The notes under the pieces are model-generated. The model was given only the letters and a program-made list of their open reading frames with translations, ran no database searches and had not been told where the DNA came from. Below, piece after piece: positions 28,267 to 38,982 of a stretch of 64,000 nucleotides of DNA (the first letter of the stretch is position 1; each line of letters opens with the position of its first letter). Source of the DNA: Candidatus Portnoybacteria bacterium (GTDB lineage Bacteria; Patescibacteriota; Minisyncoccia; Portnoybacterales; GWB1-42-6); contig JAQTYI010000002.1 of the NCBI GenBank assembly GCA_028688325.1, forward strand, positions 9,395 through 73,394, written 5' to 3'. Both the position numbers and the translations under genes were made by a program.

Positions 28267-28932
28267 TCAGTTTTTAAACACCATCAGTTTATACCCCACG
28301 AAATTCCAGCCCATGCTCAGCACCGTACCGGCTAACGCGCCAACATTAGCCCAAAGCTTGGCACTCAAGCCGAATTGCGGACCAAAAACATTAACCAACA
28401 AAGTGGCCCCACCCACATTCAAAGCAAACCCTACCACGCTCACGATAAAAAACTGCAGCATTTCTTGGCCGCTTTTTTGAAGCTCGCTTGCCTCCTTTTT
28501 CTTAAAAGTCCAGAATTTATTCCAAAAATAACTGCTGGTCATAGCCGCCAAAAAAGAGATCCCCTTAAAAACCGCATAAAGCGCGCCGGAACTGATGCCG
28601 GCCAAGAACATCAGCAAATTTAAAATTCCCCAGTCAAACAAGGAGTTAAGCGCGCCAACCAGCACAAACTTTGCTAATTGATAGAAAATTTTGACTTTTT
28701 GGGCCAGCCAATAGGCCGCGGCCATGCCGGCAACAGACAAAACCGGCAAAATCACCAGCAAGGTGAAAGCAAAAGATTGCTGAATTTTTAAATTCTGCGC
28801 AATAGGCAAGGCCAACGCGGCGCAAAAAAATCCGATTATCGCCGAAATTATCAAGTCCTTTTTGAATATTGATGTGTTTCCTGTTGCCAACGCATACGCG
28901 GATGCATTTTGTTGCGGTGTTTTTTCATCCAT
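28267..28932 (-). CDS. GtrA family membrane protein
   Basis: KFVLVGALNSLFD, SYFWNKFWTF and WNFVGYKLMVF motifs. Confidence 0.88.
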   Translation of the reverse strand: MDEKTPQQNASAYALATGNTSIFKKDLIISAIIGFFCAALALPIAQNLKIQQSFAFTLLVILPVLSVAGMAAAYWLAQKVKIFYQLAKFVLVGALNSLFDWGILNLLMFLAGISSGALYAVFKGISFLAAMTSSYFWNKFWTFKKKEASELQKSGQEMLQFFIVSVVGFALNVGGATLLVNVFGPQFGLSAKLWANVGALAGTVLSMGWNFVGYKLMVFKN

Positions 28933-29028
28933 ATTTGTCGCGATCCCAATCTACGAATAACATCCGAATGCAACGAATGGATTCATTCGGATAATTCGAA
29001 TGGAATTTTTATTATTCGGATCGCTATC

Positions 29029-31479
29029 TTATGATTTATATCTGCTGTTTATTTCTCCCTCCACCAGATGCTTGTCCCGCCCGTATTTCAGCCGCGACAG
29101 GTCCTTCAGGGCGCCGATTATCTCTTTGTTTTCCTGCGGCGGGCGGTCAAAGACCATATTGAAGGGCTTGGAGGTCAGGTTGTTTATTAGAAGCTTGGCA
29201 TAAGCGCTGAAATTGTCCTGATTTATCAGGTCGTTCTGATCGAAAATAGGCGTGAACTGTTTGACCAAAAATTCCGCGTCTTCCGCGCCCACGCGCATAG
29301 CCAGCATTGAGCCCACATTGCCAAACACCGCGTCTCTTATCTTTTCCGGAATTTGTTTAATATATTGGTGCGTTATCACCAGGCACAATTTATATTTCCT
29401 GGCTTCCGACAATATAGTGGAAATGCTGTCGGTGGTGAAATTTTGGAATTCGTCGATATAAAGATAAAAATCGGAACGCAGCTCTTCGGCCGTATCCACG
29501 CGAGAAAAAGACGCCATCATCAATTTGCCTACAATTATCAACCCTAAAAGATAAGCGTTCAAATCGCCGATGCGGCCCTTGCTCAAATTCACTATCAGAA
29601 TTTTTTTGTTATCCATTATGTCGCGGAAATTGATGGCTGATTTGCTCTGCCCGATTATCGGCCGCATAAAATCATTGGCGATAAAGGTGTTGAATTTGGA
29701 AGTGATATACGGCACAACATTGGCCAGCGCCGCCTCGCCTCCGGCTTTTTCCGCCTCTTTCACCCAGAAATCTTTCACCACAACATTCTGGCATTTATCC
29801 AGCAATCGTTTGCGATATGCCGCGTCCGCCAACACCCTTGGCACCTCCATCAGCGTGGCACCTTCATTGGGATCATCCATCAAAAGCTGCAGAGCATTGC
29901 GGGTGTATTGTTCAAAGATCGGCCCGCCGGTGGTTTTTAAGTCGTATAATTTATCAAAAATGCTTATCAGCTCGTTGACGATGAAAGTTTTCTGCTCGGG
30001 GTATTTCGGATCGTATTCCAGCATATTGATTCCCAAGGGGCGCTCAATATCGGCCGGGTTAAAATAGACAACATCTTCCGCGCGATTTGGCGGCACACAA
30101 CCCAAAACATAATCGGCAAAATCGCCATGCGGGTCGATGACGGCCAGCCCCTCCTCTTTGACATCCTGCGCCAGCATTCCCTGCATGGCTGAGGTTTTGC
30201 CGGTACCCGTCTGGCCCACGATATAAAGGTGCCGGCGCCTGTCGTCTCGCTGCATACGCACCACCGTTTCCACGCCCCGGAAAAAATTCTTGCCCAAAAT
30301 AAGGCCTTGTGTTGGCATATTGGGAGGAGGAGCGGCCTGTTTTGATTTTATAAATTTGACTTTGGGCGTTTCCACTTCCGTGGTCGGAAAATGGAAAATG
30401 GAAGCCAACTCTTCAGTGCTTAAAATAATTTTTCGGCTCGAGTCAAAAATACGGAAAGAAAAATCATAAAGCAGCTGGCGCAATCTCCGGCCAGTGCCGG
30501 CCCGCGATGATTTCAACAGATTCAAATTAAGCCCGTTAAATTGCGAAAAAGCGCTTTCCATCTGCAGCAAAATCCGGTCCGCTTGTTCGGGCATTTTGGC
30601 CGAAACGATCATATTGATATTCGCTTCATAGGCCACTTTGCTGGCCTTGCTTTCCAATGCTTTTATGACTTCCAAGCTCAGAGGCGTAACCGAAGGCGGG
30701 CCGGGAGACGGCGCTTCTTTTTTGGAGAACAAAGTGGAGCCGGTCAAAAGGTCGATTAAAATAACCAGCCAATTTTTATCCACCCGTATTTTTGACAGTT
30801 CATATCTTTTGCCCTTCTGCATCTCCTGGGCGATCTTCAAGGAATTTTTGCGCCAGCGCTTGGCCTTGCTCGGCCGGATGGCAATCTGAATGGCCGCACC
30901 TTCGCCTTCCGCGTCCAACTTGCTCAGCGAGTTGACTATTTCATTTAACGGGTCGGTTTCCAGCCCCTGATAGGTCTTAAAAGGCAGGGAAATTCCTCTG
31001 CCCGCAAAAAGATACGCACCCGTCCCCGCGCCCTGAGGATTGAAGATGTTGTAATCGTCTATCGGCCGCACATCTGCCAACGGGAAAAATCCGTGGATCT
31101 GTTTTTCCATTACTTCCTTCAGGCGCCTGGGACAAGCGACATAAAAAGCTATCTCTTCGCCCACATTCTGCACCGCCATTTCAAAGGTGAAAACCGGCTG
31201 ACCGAAAAGAAACGCGCTGCTCCCTTTTTCTTTCAGGTTGCTCAAGCTGGCATAAAACTGTTCCATCACCGCCACCAGCTCCTTGAACGGCTTTTTATTT
31301 TTATCATCCGCGGGGAGCTTGGGCACAGTCACCAGAAACAGCGACATATTCAACGCCCGGGTTATCCGGCCCTTGCCGCGAACCAGATTTATCAAAAAAT
31401 ATATACCCAAAAAAACCACGATAAAAAATAATACCATGGTTAAGGGAAACAAGATTAAATTAAGGTCGAATGTTTGCAC
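29029..31479 (-). CDS. VirD4/TraD/HerA-like (type IV coupling protein-like) ATPase
   Basis: RRHLYIVGQTGTGKT, IDPHGD, YIDEFQN, SEARKY and FGNVGS motifs, with an N-terminal TM segment. Confidence 0.88.
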   Translation of the reverse strand: MQTFDLNLILFPLTMVLFFIVVFLGIYFLINLVRGKGRITRALNMSLFLVTVPKLPADDKNKKPFKELVAVMEQFYASLSNLKEKGSSAFLFGQPVFTFEMAVQNVGEEIAFYVACPRRLKEVMEKQIHGFFPLADVRPIDDYNIFNPQGAGTGAYLFAGRGISLPFKTYQGLETDPLNEIVNSLSKLDAEGEGAAIQIAIRPSKAKRWRKNSLKIAQEMQKGKRYELSKIRVDKNWLVILIDLLTGSTLFSKKEAPSPGPPSVTPLSLEVIKALESKASKVAYEANINMIVSAKMPEQADRILLQMESAFSQFNGLNLNLLKSSRAGTGRRLRQLLYDFSFRIFDSSRKIILSTEELASIFHFPTTEVETPKVKFIKSKQAAPPPNMPTQGLILGKNFFRGVETVVRMQRDDRRRHLYIVGQTGTGKTSAMQGMLAQDVKEEGLAVIDPHGDFADYVLGCVPPNRAEDVVYFNPADIERPLGINMLEYDPKYPEQKTFIVNELISIFDKLYDLKTTGGPIFEQYTRNALQLLMDDPNEGATLMEVPRVLADAAYRKRLLDKCQNVVVKDFWVKEAEKAGGEAALANVVPYITSKFNTFIANDFMRPIIGQSKSAINFRDIMDNKKILIVNLSKGRIGDLNAYLLGLIIVGKLMMASFSRVDTAEELRSDFYLYIDEFQNFTTDSISTILSEARKYKLCLVITHQYIKQIPEKIRDAVFGNVGSMLAMRVGAEDAEFLVKQFTPIFDQNDLINQDNFSAYAKLLINNLTSKPFNMVFDRPPQENKEIIGALKDLSRLKYGRDKHLVEGEINSRYKS

Positions 31480-31487
31480 TAATTTTC

Positions 31488-31538
31488 AGATGTCCGACAA
31501 CCCAAATATTAAAAAGAATTTTTGGTTGTCGGACATCT
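31488..31538. repeat. Intergenic palindrome (GATGTCNGACA family)
   Basis: AGATGTCCGACAACC...GGTTGTCGGACATCT; shares its core with the palindrome inside rsmE. Confidence 0.7.
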
Positions 31539-31565
31539 CTAGATTTAAATTTATCTTGCCTAAAG

Positions 31566-32543
31566 TTAAAATGTTTCTTTTGCACCATCAACATAAATGA
31601 TAGTTGAAACGCTCCATTTATATTTTAGATCTTTTAATTCTGTGTCTTTTAATTCCACATCTTCCTCTTTAAATTGATTATAATCGGTTCCCGACTTCCA
31701 AATTTTACTGCCACGAGCAGGAATTCCTTTGTCATAACTTACTTTCGATACGGAAATTTTATTATCAAAAATATCATAAAAGGTAAGTGCGCCCTCGACG
31801 CCTCTTATTTCTTTATCGGTTTCGTTGATAAATTTTAAATCCATCGTGATTTGATCCTCGTAATCGCCGGACATATAATCGGCTTTATGAAAACCCTTAC
31901 TTGTAATTTCCAGATTAACCCTTTTTGCGTCCGATTTTAACTGCGAGATGCCACCTTGTTGCATCTCCTTGCCTAACTCTTCCTTTTCTTTTACATCTTT
32001 CTTGTAAGCTTGCACGCTTGAAACGGAACCCATAATAATGGCAAGCAGAATTATGGCGGCAATTGAAAGAGCTATGCCATGTTTATTAGATAGCGATTCT
32101 TGCTGTCTAATTTCAATTTTTTCCGCCTTTTTCTCATATTTATTAGCAATCAAATGAACAACCATACCGCCAATAAGACCGATAATGAAAGACAATATAA
32201 TTACAACAGTTGCGCCCATCGCCGCACCTAAGGCGGCTCCCCCTCTCTCAATCCCGCTCGATGTTGACATCGCTGCCTGCGAACCAAAAATAAACGCAAA
32301 AACAATGGCCGATAAAGGAAGAAAAAACAAAGATATTTCCGTCAAACGAAAACATCTTTCTAGAATGTGATTTCTTTCGGTAAATTGCCAAACATTCCAG
32401 ATCGTCAATGCCCAAATAATCCAAAACGCTATACCCAAATAAGAATTAAGCGTCATCCACGCATAATTTTGAGTAAAGATTAAAGCAGGCAATAGCGCCA
32501 AAAAAATCTTTAAAACAGCATATTCTTTTATTATATTTTTCAT
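31566..32543 (-). CDS. Hypothetical membrane protein (about 5 TM plus soluble C-terminal domain)
   Basis: Long AT-rich ORF with hydrophobic segments; start uncertain. Confidence 0.75.
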   Translation of the reverse strand: MKNIIKEYAVLKIFLALLPALIFTQNYAWMTLNSYLGIAFWIIWALTIWNVWQFTERNHILERCFRLTEISLFFLPLSAIVFAFIFGSQAAMSTSSGIERGGAALGAAMGATVVIILSFIIGLIGGMVVHLIANKYEKKAEKIEIRQQESLSNKHGIALSIAAIILLAIIMGSVSSVQAYKKDVKEKEELGKEMQQGGISQLKSDAKRVNLEITSKGFHKADYMSGDYEDQITMDLKFINETDKEIRGVEGALTFYDIFDNKISVSKVSYDKGIPARGSKIWKSGTDYNQFKEEDVELKDTELKDLKYKWSVSTIIYVDGAKETF

Positions 32544-32585
32544 AACAATTAAATTTATCTTCGTGTTTTCTTCAATTTGCAAGCT

Positions 32586-33041
32586 CTAAATCTCTTCCAA
32601 CTTCCCTTTTTCCACCAATTCCTTATGCAACTCTCCCACCAGCGCGTCATGGAATTCATCCATCAAATACGGGTTCTCCAGGTCGCGCGCCACATCCGCC
32701 GCGTAGACGACGCCTTTTTGAAACGCCAAATCAACCAAATTTTTTAACTGCTGGTTCTTTTCCAGGCGCTTGAATTGCCTTATTTCGGGCTTTGCCTCTT
32801 TGGCGGGAAACGGCAGTGCGCTAACGGGCTCCGCTGGAGCGGCTGAAGATAAAACGGCCGGTTTTTCCGCCGCGACAACCTGCTCCAAAGGCCTCTCTTT
32901 TTCTTTTTGCAACGCCGCTCTTTTGGCCGCTATTTGTTTTTCCAAGTCCGCAAGTTCCATCTCGGCCGAACTTAACGGCGCGGGAGGCGCCGATAGTGTT
33001 TCCGCCGATTGGTCGACCGGTTCGCGATATAGGTCTGGCAT
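32586..33041 (-). CDS. Conserved hypothetical protein (CPR-type)
   Basis: LVDLAFQKG...NPYLMDEFHDAL C-terminus. Confidence 0.75.
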   Translation of the reverse strand: MPDLYREPVDQSAETLSAPPAPLSSAEMELADLEKQIAAKRAALQKEKERPLEQVVAAEKPAVLSSAAPAEPVSALPFPAKEAKPEIRQFKRLEKNQQLKNLVDLAFQKGVVYAADVARDLENPYLMDEFHDALVGELHKELVEKGKLEEI

Positions 33042-33042
33042 A

Positions 33043-33173
33043 CCAGGTAGTAGAAATTCGGCTATATTTAATTAAATTCTATGGGCTTAATTAAAATCGC
33101 CAATTTTCCTATTTTTATTAAACTTCACCAGCCAGCAATAATTCGTTTAAACAGCCGAATTTTCACTACCTGG
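33043..33173. mobile_element. MITE-like element copy 2 (131 bp) inserted at a start codon
   Basis: Same TIRs as copy 1; flanking direct repeat CATA/CATA. Confidence 0.85.
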
Positions 33174-33212
33174 CATAGGGATAGTTTTTAGTTAATAGTT
33201 TTTAGTCAAAAC

Positions 33213-33512
33213 TCATACCAGCAAAGAATCCACTGTTTTTTGCATGTCTTGCTTAAAGTTCGCCACTTCTTCTTTGACCAGCTCTTCGTGGTTGGGAATA
33301 TTAGCCGCCAAAAATTGGCTTATTTTTTCCGTGTCTTCTCCCAGGGCCTCAAGCTCGCTCTTTTTTTCCTCGGCCAGCGCGCCGATGAGCCGTAGCGTTA
33401 TCCTTTTTAAAACCGCTTCGGTCATGGCGGTTAAAACCTCTTCTTGGCGCTCTTGCGGTAATTCCGCAATTCCCAATTCTTGAAAAATATTTTCCTCGAT
33501 TTGAGTTGGCAT
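33213..33512 (-). CDS. Small acidic helical protein (DUF5663-like)
   Basis: NIFQELGIAELPQERQEE...FLAANIPNHEELVKEE. Native start MPTQ. Confidence 0.7.
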   Translation of the reverse strand: MPTQIEENIFQELGIAELPQERQEEVLTAMTEAVLKRITLRLIGALAEEKKSELEALGEDTEKISQFLAANIPNHEELVKEEVANFKQDMQKTVDSLLV

Positions 33513-33513
33513 T

Positions 33514-33642
33514 CCAGGTAGTAGAAATTCGGCTATATTCATAAATCCATCTGGATTTAATTAGCTTACCGAATTCTATAATTTTATTTTTGTTTACCAG
33601 ATAATCTTAATTCGGTTAAACCGCCGAATTTTCACTACCTGG
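33514..33642. mobile_element. MITE-like element copy 3 (129 bp) inserted at a start codon
   Basis: Same TIRs as copy 1; flanking direct repeat CATT/CATT (AATG on the coding strand). Confidence 0.85.
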
Positions 33643-33666
33643 CATTTTTTTTATTTTAATATTTTA

Positions 33667-36618
33667 TTATTTGTTTTCAAGGTGGCCCTGGTTAAAATCC
33701 GCCGCTATTTCCTTATCGGCGTTTTCCATATATTTATTGAAAAATTCTCCCACTGTCATATTTTTTACTCCCCCAATACCTTGCTTGCCAATGCTATTTC
33801 TCAAAAATTTGGCCATCTCGGCGTATTTTGTATAGTCGCTATAAGTCAAGCCGAGCCAGCTGGAACCGGGTAAATTTAACTGTGATAGTTTGGCTTCGTG
33901 CCAAAAACGGCTCAAGGCGTATTTATCCTCGTAGGCCTCCGGCGGTATGGCATCCAATATCTTACCCAGCGGCACTTTGGCTGCGGCCTTGAAGGTTTCT
34001 TCGGTTAAAATATTCGGTTCAACCAGGCGGGAAACTATTTTTTTTATCTTTTCATCCGCCGGGCCCGCATTGTCCAGCGCTCCATTCAATATATGCTCTT
34101 TTGCGGTCAAATCGGGAACACCCGAACTCGCCGCCCTTAAAAAGGTTGCCTTATCGCTCAAATGCATATGCCCTTGTCCGTCCAATTCCACAAAAGCGCC
34201 CCGGCCAAGATGGCGCATGGCCTTGGCATAACCCTCGGCATTCGCCGTAAAACCGTGTTTAACCAAATTTTCCGCCATACCCGGCTTAGCCAATTCTCCC
34301 TCCGCGCTTTTTAACCACAGCTGATGCGCGCGAGTTCCGGCCCATTTATTGATATCTGTTTTACCGTCCCAGCCAAAGGCCTTGGCCACATCCGGCTTAG
34401 CCCTGAAATTATCAATTATCGCGCCTTCCGGACCTCGGCTGCCGATTTTCAAATTAAAAATTTCTTCGCCGGCTTTGGCGCCGCCCGGCGAAGGCAGAAT
34501 TTCCGGATTCACAGCATCGCCCCCGAGAATCGGCATTCCCGATTTTGGCACATTGCCCGGCAAATGGCTCTTCATTTCGCCGTACCCCGTCTCTCTCAAT
34601 GCTTCTTTTTCTAAATCAAAACCGCCGGTCAAAGGGTGTTTTGCAAAATCGATCGTTTTTTCAGCCGCAGCTTTTATTTTTTCAATCATTTCTTGGCCGA
34701 ATCCAGAATTGATTCCATTGCGCACTGCTTGAGCCAACGCACCGCTGCCGACCAGTGCGCCCAGCGTGCCGGCCAAAACGAACCGCCTGTTTTTTTCGCT
34801 TTCCTTGGCTTTTATCAACTCAAACAGCTTATCGTCCAGTTCGCCATTCTGATTTTTTAGCGCTTCCAAAAACTTCCCGCCAAATTCCTTGCTTAATTTT
34901 TTCTCCGCGCTTTTTTCCTGAGATCTTTTAATGAGCTGCTCGGCGCCGGCTGTCATCATTGAACCGCCAAGCACGCGCAAAGCTGCCTGCCCCGCAAAAG
35001 CCGCCGAGACAATCGCCGTGCTGCCGACCAAACCGCCCGCCAAACCCCCAACAAATAAACCGGCCGAAACCGCCATCTTATATTTAACCGGCAGTTTTTT
35101 ATACCAATCCGTGAATTCCTCGGCTTTTTCATTCATATACCGGCGCGCCGCGCCCATTTGCTCAATTTGCTTGTCGGACTTCAAAGAGTCAATTTTTGCC
35201 GCCTCGCGCAAAGTCACGGCCAGCAAGATATCCTTGGCGTATTTTTCCAGTTCTTCCTTGATGTTTTCGTCCGACTTTCCAGCGGCTTTCAATTCCGCCG
35301 TTTTCCAGGCGATTTCTCCGTCGCGATATGCTTTTAAAGACCCCTTTAAACTTTCTTGCGCCTTTGAAAAATTTTCCCGCGCCTGGGCGGCCTCCGCTTG
35401 TGCGCCGCCGATGTTTTCCTGCCTGACCGGCACTCGGGTTTTGTCGCCTTCAAAACTCGTAAAGCCGCCGACAATGAATTCCTTGATTCTGGCCCGCAAG
35501 CCAGTTAACTTATTTTCTTCTTTTTCCGCCCTTTCTTTGGCCAGCTCCGCCGCCACGAAATTCTCACGCGCTTTATCCAGCGCGGCTTCGGCTTGTTCTT
35601 TTTCGGCTTTTCTGTTGGCTTCTTGGACCTTTTCGAGGCCGTATATTTCTTTTTCTTCGTCTTTGCCGTAGTTTTTGCGCTCGCCCAGAGGATGCTCTTC
35701 CGGCTCTATTTCCCTTTCCGCTGACAACCCCGTTTCGTCCGCCGCATAAGGCCGAGCTGTTGGATGCATCTTGTCTTCCAATATCTCATTTATCTCTTCT
35801 TGCGTCTTATCTTCTGTTATCCGAGAATCAGTTTTTTTCTCGCGTCCCTCCGAAGCGTTTTCTTTTTTCTCCTGCGCTTTTCGCTCCTCTTTTTCGTTTT
35901 CTTTTTTGCCTCTTTCATCCGCTTTATATTTTTCCTTCATTTTTTCCGCTATGCCGCTCACTTCGCCGCTATGAATTACGCCGCGCAATTCACTTTCCGT
36001 CCGGGCGATTAAATCATAAAGTTCTTTGGGCGCATCTTTTTTATTGTTCAAAAAATCGTAAAGTTGCTTAAAGGCCCCTTCCAGCCGATTCACCAGTTCT
36101 TTTTTCTTGTCCGGCAATATAATTTTTTCTTTTTTGCCCTCCTTGGTTTTTTCGCCGCCCGCCTCGTTTTTCGCCGCTTCCAGCGCATCCGCTTCCCTGA
36201 CATCGCGGAGTTTTTTGGTTTTTTTCTTCAACAGAGAAATTTCCCCTTTAAACTCGCCCGGGTTCTCTGTTTTTTCTTTTTTGTCGACAAAGTTGGGGTC
36301 AAAAAAAATCTCGTTTCTTTTTCGCTCGAGCGCTTGATAATAATTTTCCAGTCCGGACAATAAATCCTCGGTCCGCTCGCCATTGGCATAACGATCCAAA
36401 AGAGCGCTGTTGTCCCTTACAAAATCAAACAGCTCCTTCTCCTGCGCCAGAGAGATAAATTTATTTTTTAAAGCCATCTCGGCTTTAAATTCCAGTTTAT
36501 TGCCGTTTAATCTGTCTATCTTGCCCACCATGTCTTCCACTTTATTGTCCAAATCTCTCATTTCTTCCGCCGACAAGCCGCTTTTTTGCTCACCGGAAAT
36601 ATATTTGCTTCCGCTCAT
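33667..36618 (-). CDS. Large hypothetical protein (983 aa; charged coiled coils plus Gly/Ala-rich hydrophobic segments)
   Basis: Long ORF; described from composition only. Confidence 0.8.
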   Translation of the reverse strand: MSGSKYISGEQKSGLSAEEMRDLDNKVEDMVGKIDRLNGNKLEFKAEMALKNKFISLAQEKELFDFVRDNSALLDRYANGERTEDLLSGLENYYQALERKRNEIFFDPNFVDKKEKTENPGEFKGEISLLKKKTKKLRDVREADALEAAKNEAGGEKTKEGKKEKIILPDKKKELVNRLEGAFKQLYDFLNNKKDAPKELYDLIARTESELRGVIHSGEVSGIAEKMKEKYKADERGKKENEKEERKAQEKKENASEGREKKTDSRITEDKTQEEINEILEDKMHPTARPYAADETGLSAEREIEPEEHPLGERKNYGKDEEKEIYGLEKVQEANRKAEKEQAEAALDKARENFVAAELAKERAEKEENKLTGLRARIKEFIVGGFTSFEGDKTRVPVRQENIGGAQAEAAQARENFSKAQESLKGSLKAYRDGEIAWKTAELKAAGKSDENIKEELEKYAKDILLAVTLREAAKIDSLKSDKQIEQMGAARRYMNEKAEEFTDWYKKLPVKYKMAVSAGLFVGGLAGGLVGSTAIVSAAFAGQAALRVLGGSMMTAGAEQLIKRSQEKSAEKKLSKEFGGKFLEALKNQNGELDDKLFELIKAKESEKNRRFVLAGTLGALVGSGALAQAVRNGINSGFGQEMIEKIKAAAEKTIDFAKHPLTGGFDLEKEALRETGYGEMKSHLPGNVPKSGMPILGGDAVNPEILPSPGGAKAGEEIFNLKIGSRGPEGAIIDNFRAKPDVAKAFGWDGKTDINKWAGTRAHQLWLKSAEGELAKPGMAENLVKHGFTANAEGYAKAMRHLGRGAFVELDGQGHMHLSDKATFLRAASSGVPDLTAKEHILNGALDNAGPADEKIKKIVSRLVEPNILTEETFKAAAKVPLGKILDAIPPEAYEDKYALSRFWHEAKLSQLNLPGSSWLGLTYSDYTKYAEMAKFLRNSIGKQGIGGVKNMTVGEFFNKYMENADKEIAADFNQGHLENK

Positions 36619-36865
36619 AAAGTTGTTTCTGTTTGATTATATTGTATCATACTCTCTTTATTATTTAAATCGTTTTTCTGTGGATTACAAACAGGACCGA
36701 AAATGTTAAACTATGCTTAAATTATCACTAACTCGGACTATCTAACAATAAATAATGCGTTTTTTGAAAACTCCCGTCAACCTAATCAGGAAACAACAAA
36801 AAATGCGCTAATTCTTAAAAGAGTCGGTTCCTTGTTTGCGCAAATAAGAAAATAAAAAACACTTT

Positions 36866-38689
36866 ATGACAAAATACGCTTCTTGGATTGCTTCTTTGAT
36901 GTTAATTTTTATGGTCGGAATCGCGTTTTTCAGCCTGCGGGGCGACTCAGCCATAATGGACGAGGTTTCCCATCTGCCCGCCGGCTATTCATATGTCACC
37001 CAATTGGATATGCGCATCAATCCCGAGCATCCCCCGCTGATAAAAGACCTGGCGGGCGGAGCAGTTTTGCTTTGGTCGAAGATCACCGGCGCTAAAATAA
37101 ATTTCCCGTCCAATATCCCGGCTTGGCAAAGCATGATCAACGGCCAGTGGGACTTTGGTTTTGACCTTATGTATAAAGAAGGCAATCCGGCGGACCAAAT
37201 GCTGTTTTTCGGCCGCCTGCCAATGTTGGCGATAATGCTGCTGCTGGGAATTTATGTTTTCAAATGGACGCGGGAGCTCGCCGGTCCCGCCGCGGCGCTG
37301 CTGGCTACATTCTTGTATTCTTTCTCGCCGACCTTCATTGCCCACGGGCGGTTCGTCACGACCGATGTTGGCGCCGCGGCCGCGGTCTTTATCGCCAGTT
37401 ATTATTTCGTCCGCTGGCTCAAAAACCCCTCGGCTAAAAATTTGATCGCCGCCGGCTTGGTCTTTGGCATAGCACAGCTGGCCAAATTCTCGGTCTTTTT
37501 GCTGGTAATACTCTTTGCCATTATCGCCCTGCTTTGGGTATACCTAAAAACCCGGGAGGATAAGAAGTTCTGGCATAATCTTTATAAATACCTGGGCGGC
37601 ACGATATTGCTCTACGCCATCGGCTACATCGTTATCGTCTGGCCGGTCTACCTTTTCCATGTAGCCGACTATCCCATCGCCCGCCAGATCCAAGACACCG
37701 AATACAACCTAGCGACATTCGGCATGCGCCCCATCGCGAACCTCATAATTTGGATGGCTGGGATTCCTTATCTGCGCGCTCTGGCCCAATACGGACTGGG
37801 CCTGGCTATGGTGCTGCAGCGGGCGGTCGGCGGCAACACTGCTTACTTTTTGGGCGAAATTTCCAATACCGGCTCAAAAATTTATTTCCCGGTGGTATAT
37901 TTTCTCAAGGAAACCCTGACTCTCCATGTTCTGACCATCATTGCTTTGTTTTACGGCCTCTGGCAATTTGGCAAAAATAAAATCTACCGCCGGTATAATT
38001 TCAACAAGTTCTTAGAGCAAAACATCGCCCAGATAACAATGTTGGGATTTTTGGCAATCTATTGGTACTCCAGTTTGCGCTCCATCCTGAATATCGGCGT
38101 GCGCCATCTTATGCCGACAATCCCCTTGGTTTTTGTAATGACCTCCCAACAGATAGCTTTATGGCTGGAAGGAAATACCGAAGAGACCAAAACAAAACTC
38201 AAGCAAAATCTGAAATATGGATTTGTCGCCGCCTTAATAATCTGGCAAGCAATAAGCGTGGTCAGCGTTTACCCCTCCTTCCTGGCCTACTTTAACGAAT
38301 CCATCGGCGGCCCGGCCAACGGATACAAATATGTCACCGACTCCAACCTCGACTGGGGCCAGGATCTGCGGCGCCTGACCGCCTGGGTCAACGATAACAA
38401 GATTGATAAGCTCTATCTGGACTTTTTCGGCGGGGTTTTGCCGCAGTATTATTTGAACGGCAAATTCATGCCTTGGTGGGGCGAACGCAACCCGCAAGAC
38501 ATCCAAAAACAAGGCGGCTGGCTGGCGGTCTCCGCCTCCTTCCTGCAAGGCGGCCGAGGCAAGTTCGCGCCGGGATTTTACGATAAGAACGGCTACTACA
38601 ACTGGCTGAACGCCTATGAACCGACAGCCGTCATCGGCTACTCCATATTTGTTTATCATATCCCTGCGCAATTTGATTTTACTCCTTAG
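36866..38689 (+). CDS. GT-C fold glycosyltransferase (ArnT/PMT, family 39/83-like)
   Basis: DEVSHLPAG, NPEHPPL, TTD and DSNLDWGQD motifs; many TM helices. Confidence 0.88.
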   Translation: MTKYASWIASLMLIFMVGIAFFSLRGDSAIMDEVSHLPAGYSYVTQLDMRINPEHPPLIKDLAGGAVLLWSKITGAKINFPSNIPAWQSMINGQWDFGFDLMYKEGNPADQMLFFGRLPMLAIMLLLGIYVFKWTRELAGPAAALLATFLYSFSPTFIAHGRFVTTDVGAAAAVFIASYYFVRWLKNPSAKNLIAAGLVFGIAQLAKFSVFLLVILFAIIALLWVYLKTREDKKFWHNLYKYLGGTILLYAIGYIVIVWPVYLFHVADYPIARQIQDTEYNLATFGMRPIANLIIWMAGIPYLRALAQYGLGLAMVLQRAVGGNTAYFLGEISNTGSKIYFPVVYFLKETLTLHVLTIIALFYGLWQFGKNKIYRRYNFNKFLEQNIAQITMLGFLAIYWYSSLRSILNIGVRHLMPTIPLVFVMTSQQIALWLEGNTEETKTKLKQNLKYGFVAALIIWQAISVVSVYPSFLAYFNESIGGPANGYKYVTDSNLDWGQDLRRLTAWVNDNKIDKLYLDFFGGVLPQYYLNGKFMPWWGERNPQDIQKQGGWLAVSASFLQGGRGKFAPGFYDKNGYYNWLNAYEPTAVIGYSIFVYHIPAQFDFTP

Positions 38690-38982
38690 ACCTTTTAACT
38701 TCGCAGTTTACCCTGAGCGATTTATCCCGAGCGGAGCTGAGGGAAGCCGAAGGGTCTATCACATTCCGCCAAGTCCCGCCAGATAAATAATACACCAAAA
38801 ATAAAATTTCCCTCTCTGGGGGGATTTTATTTTGACCCTAACTCTAAGCGGGGCCTTCGCCTGCAAAAAATGTGTTGTATCAATCAGCGAGGGAGTCGGT
38901 TTTAAAACGCTCAATCCGATGAGTCAAACTTTTGGCGAGGCGTCCGCTGAGAAAAATGTCGCACACGAACTCCCTTGCAATT

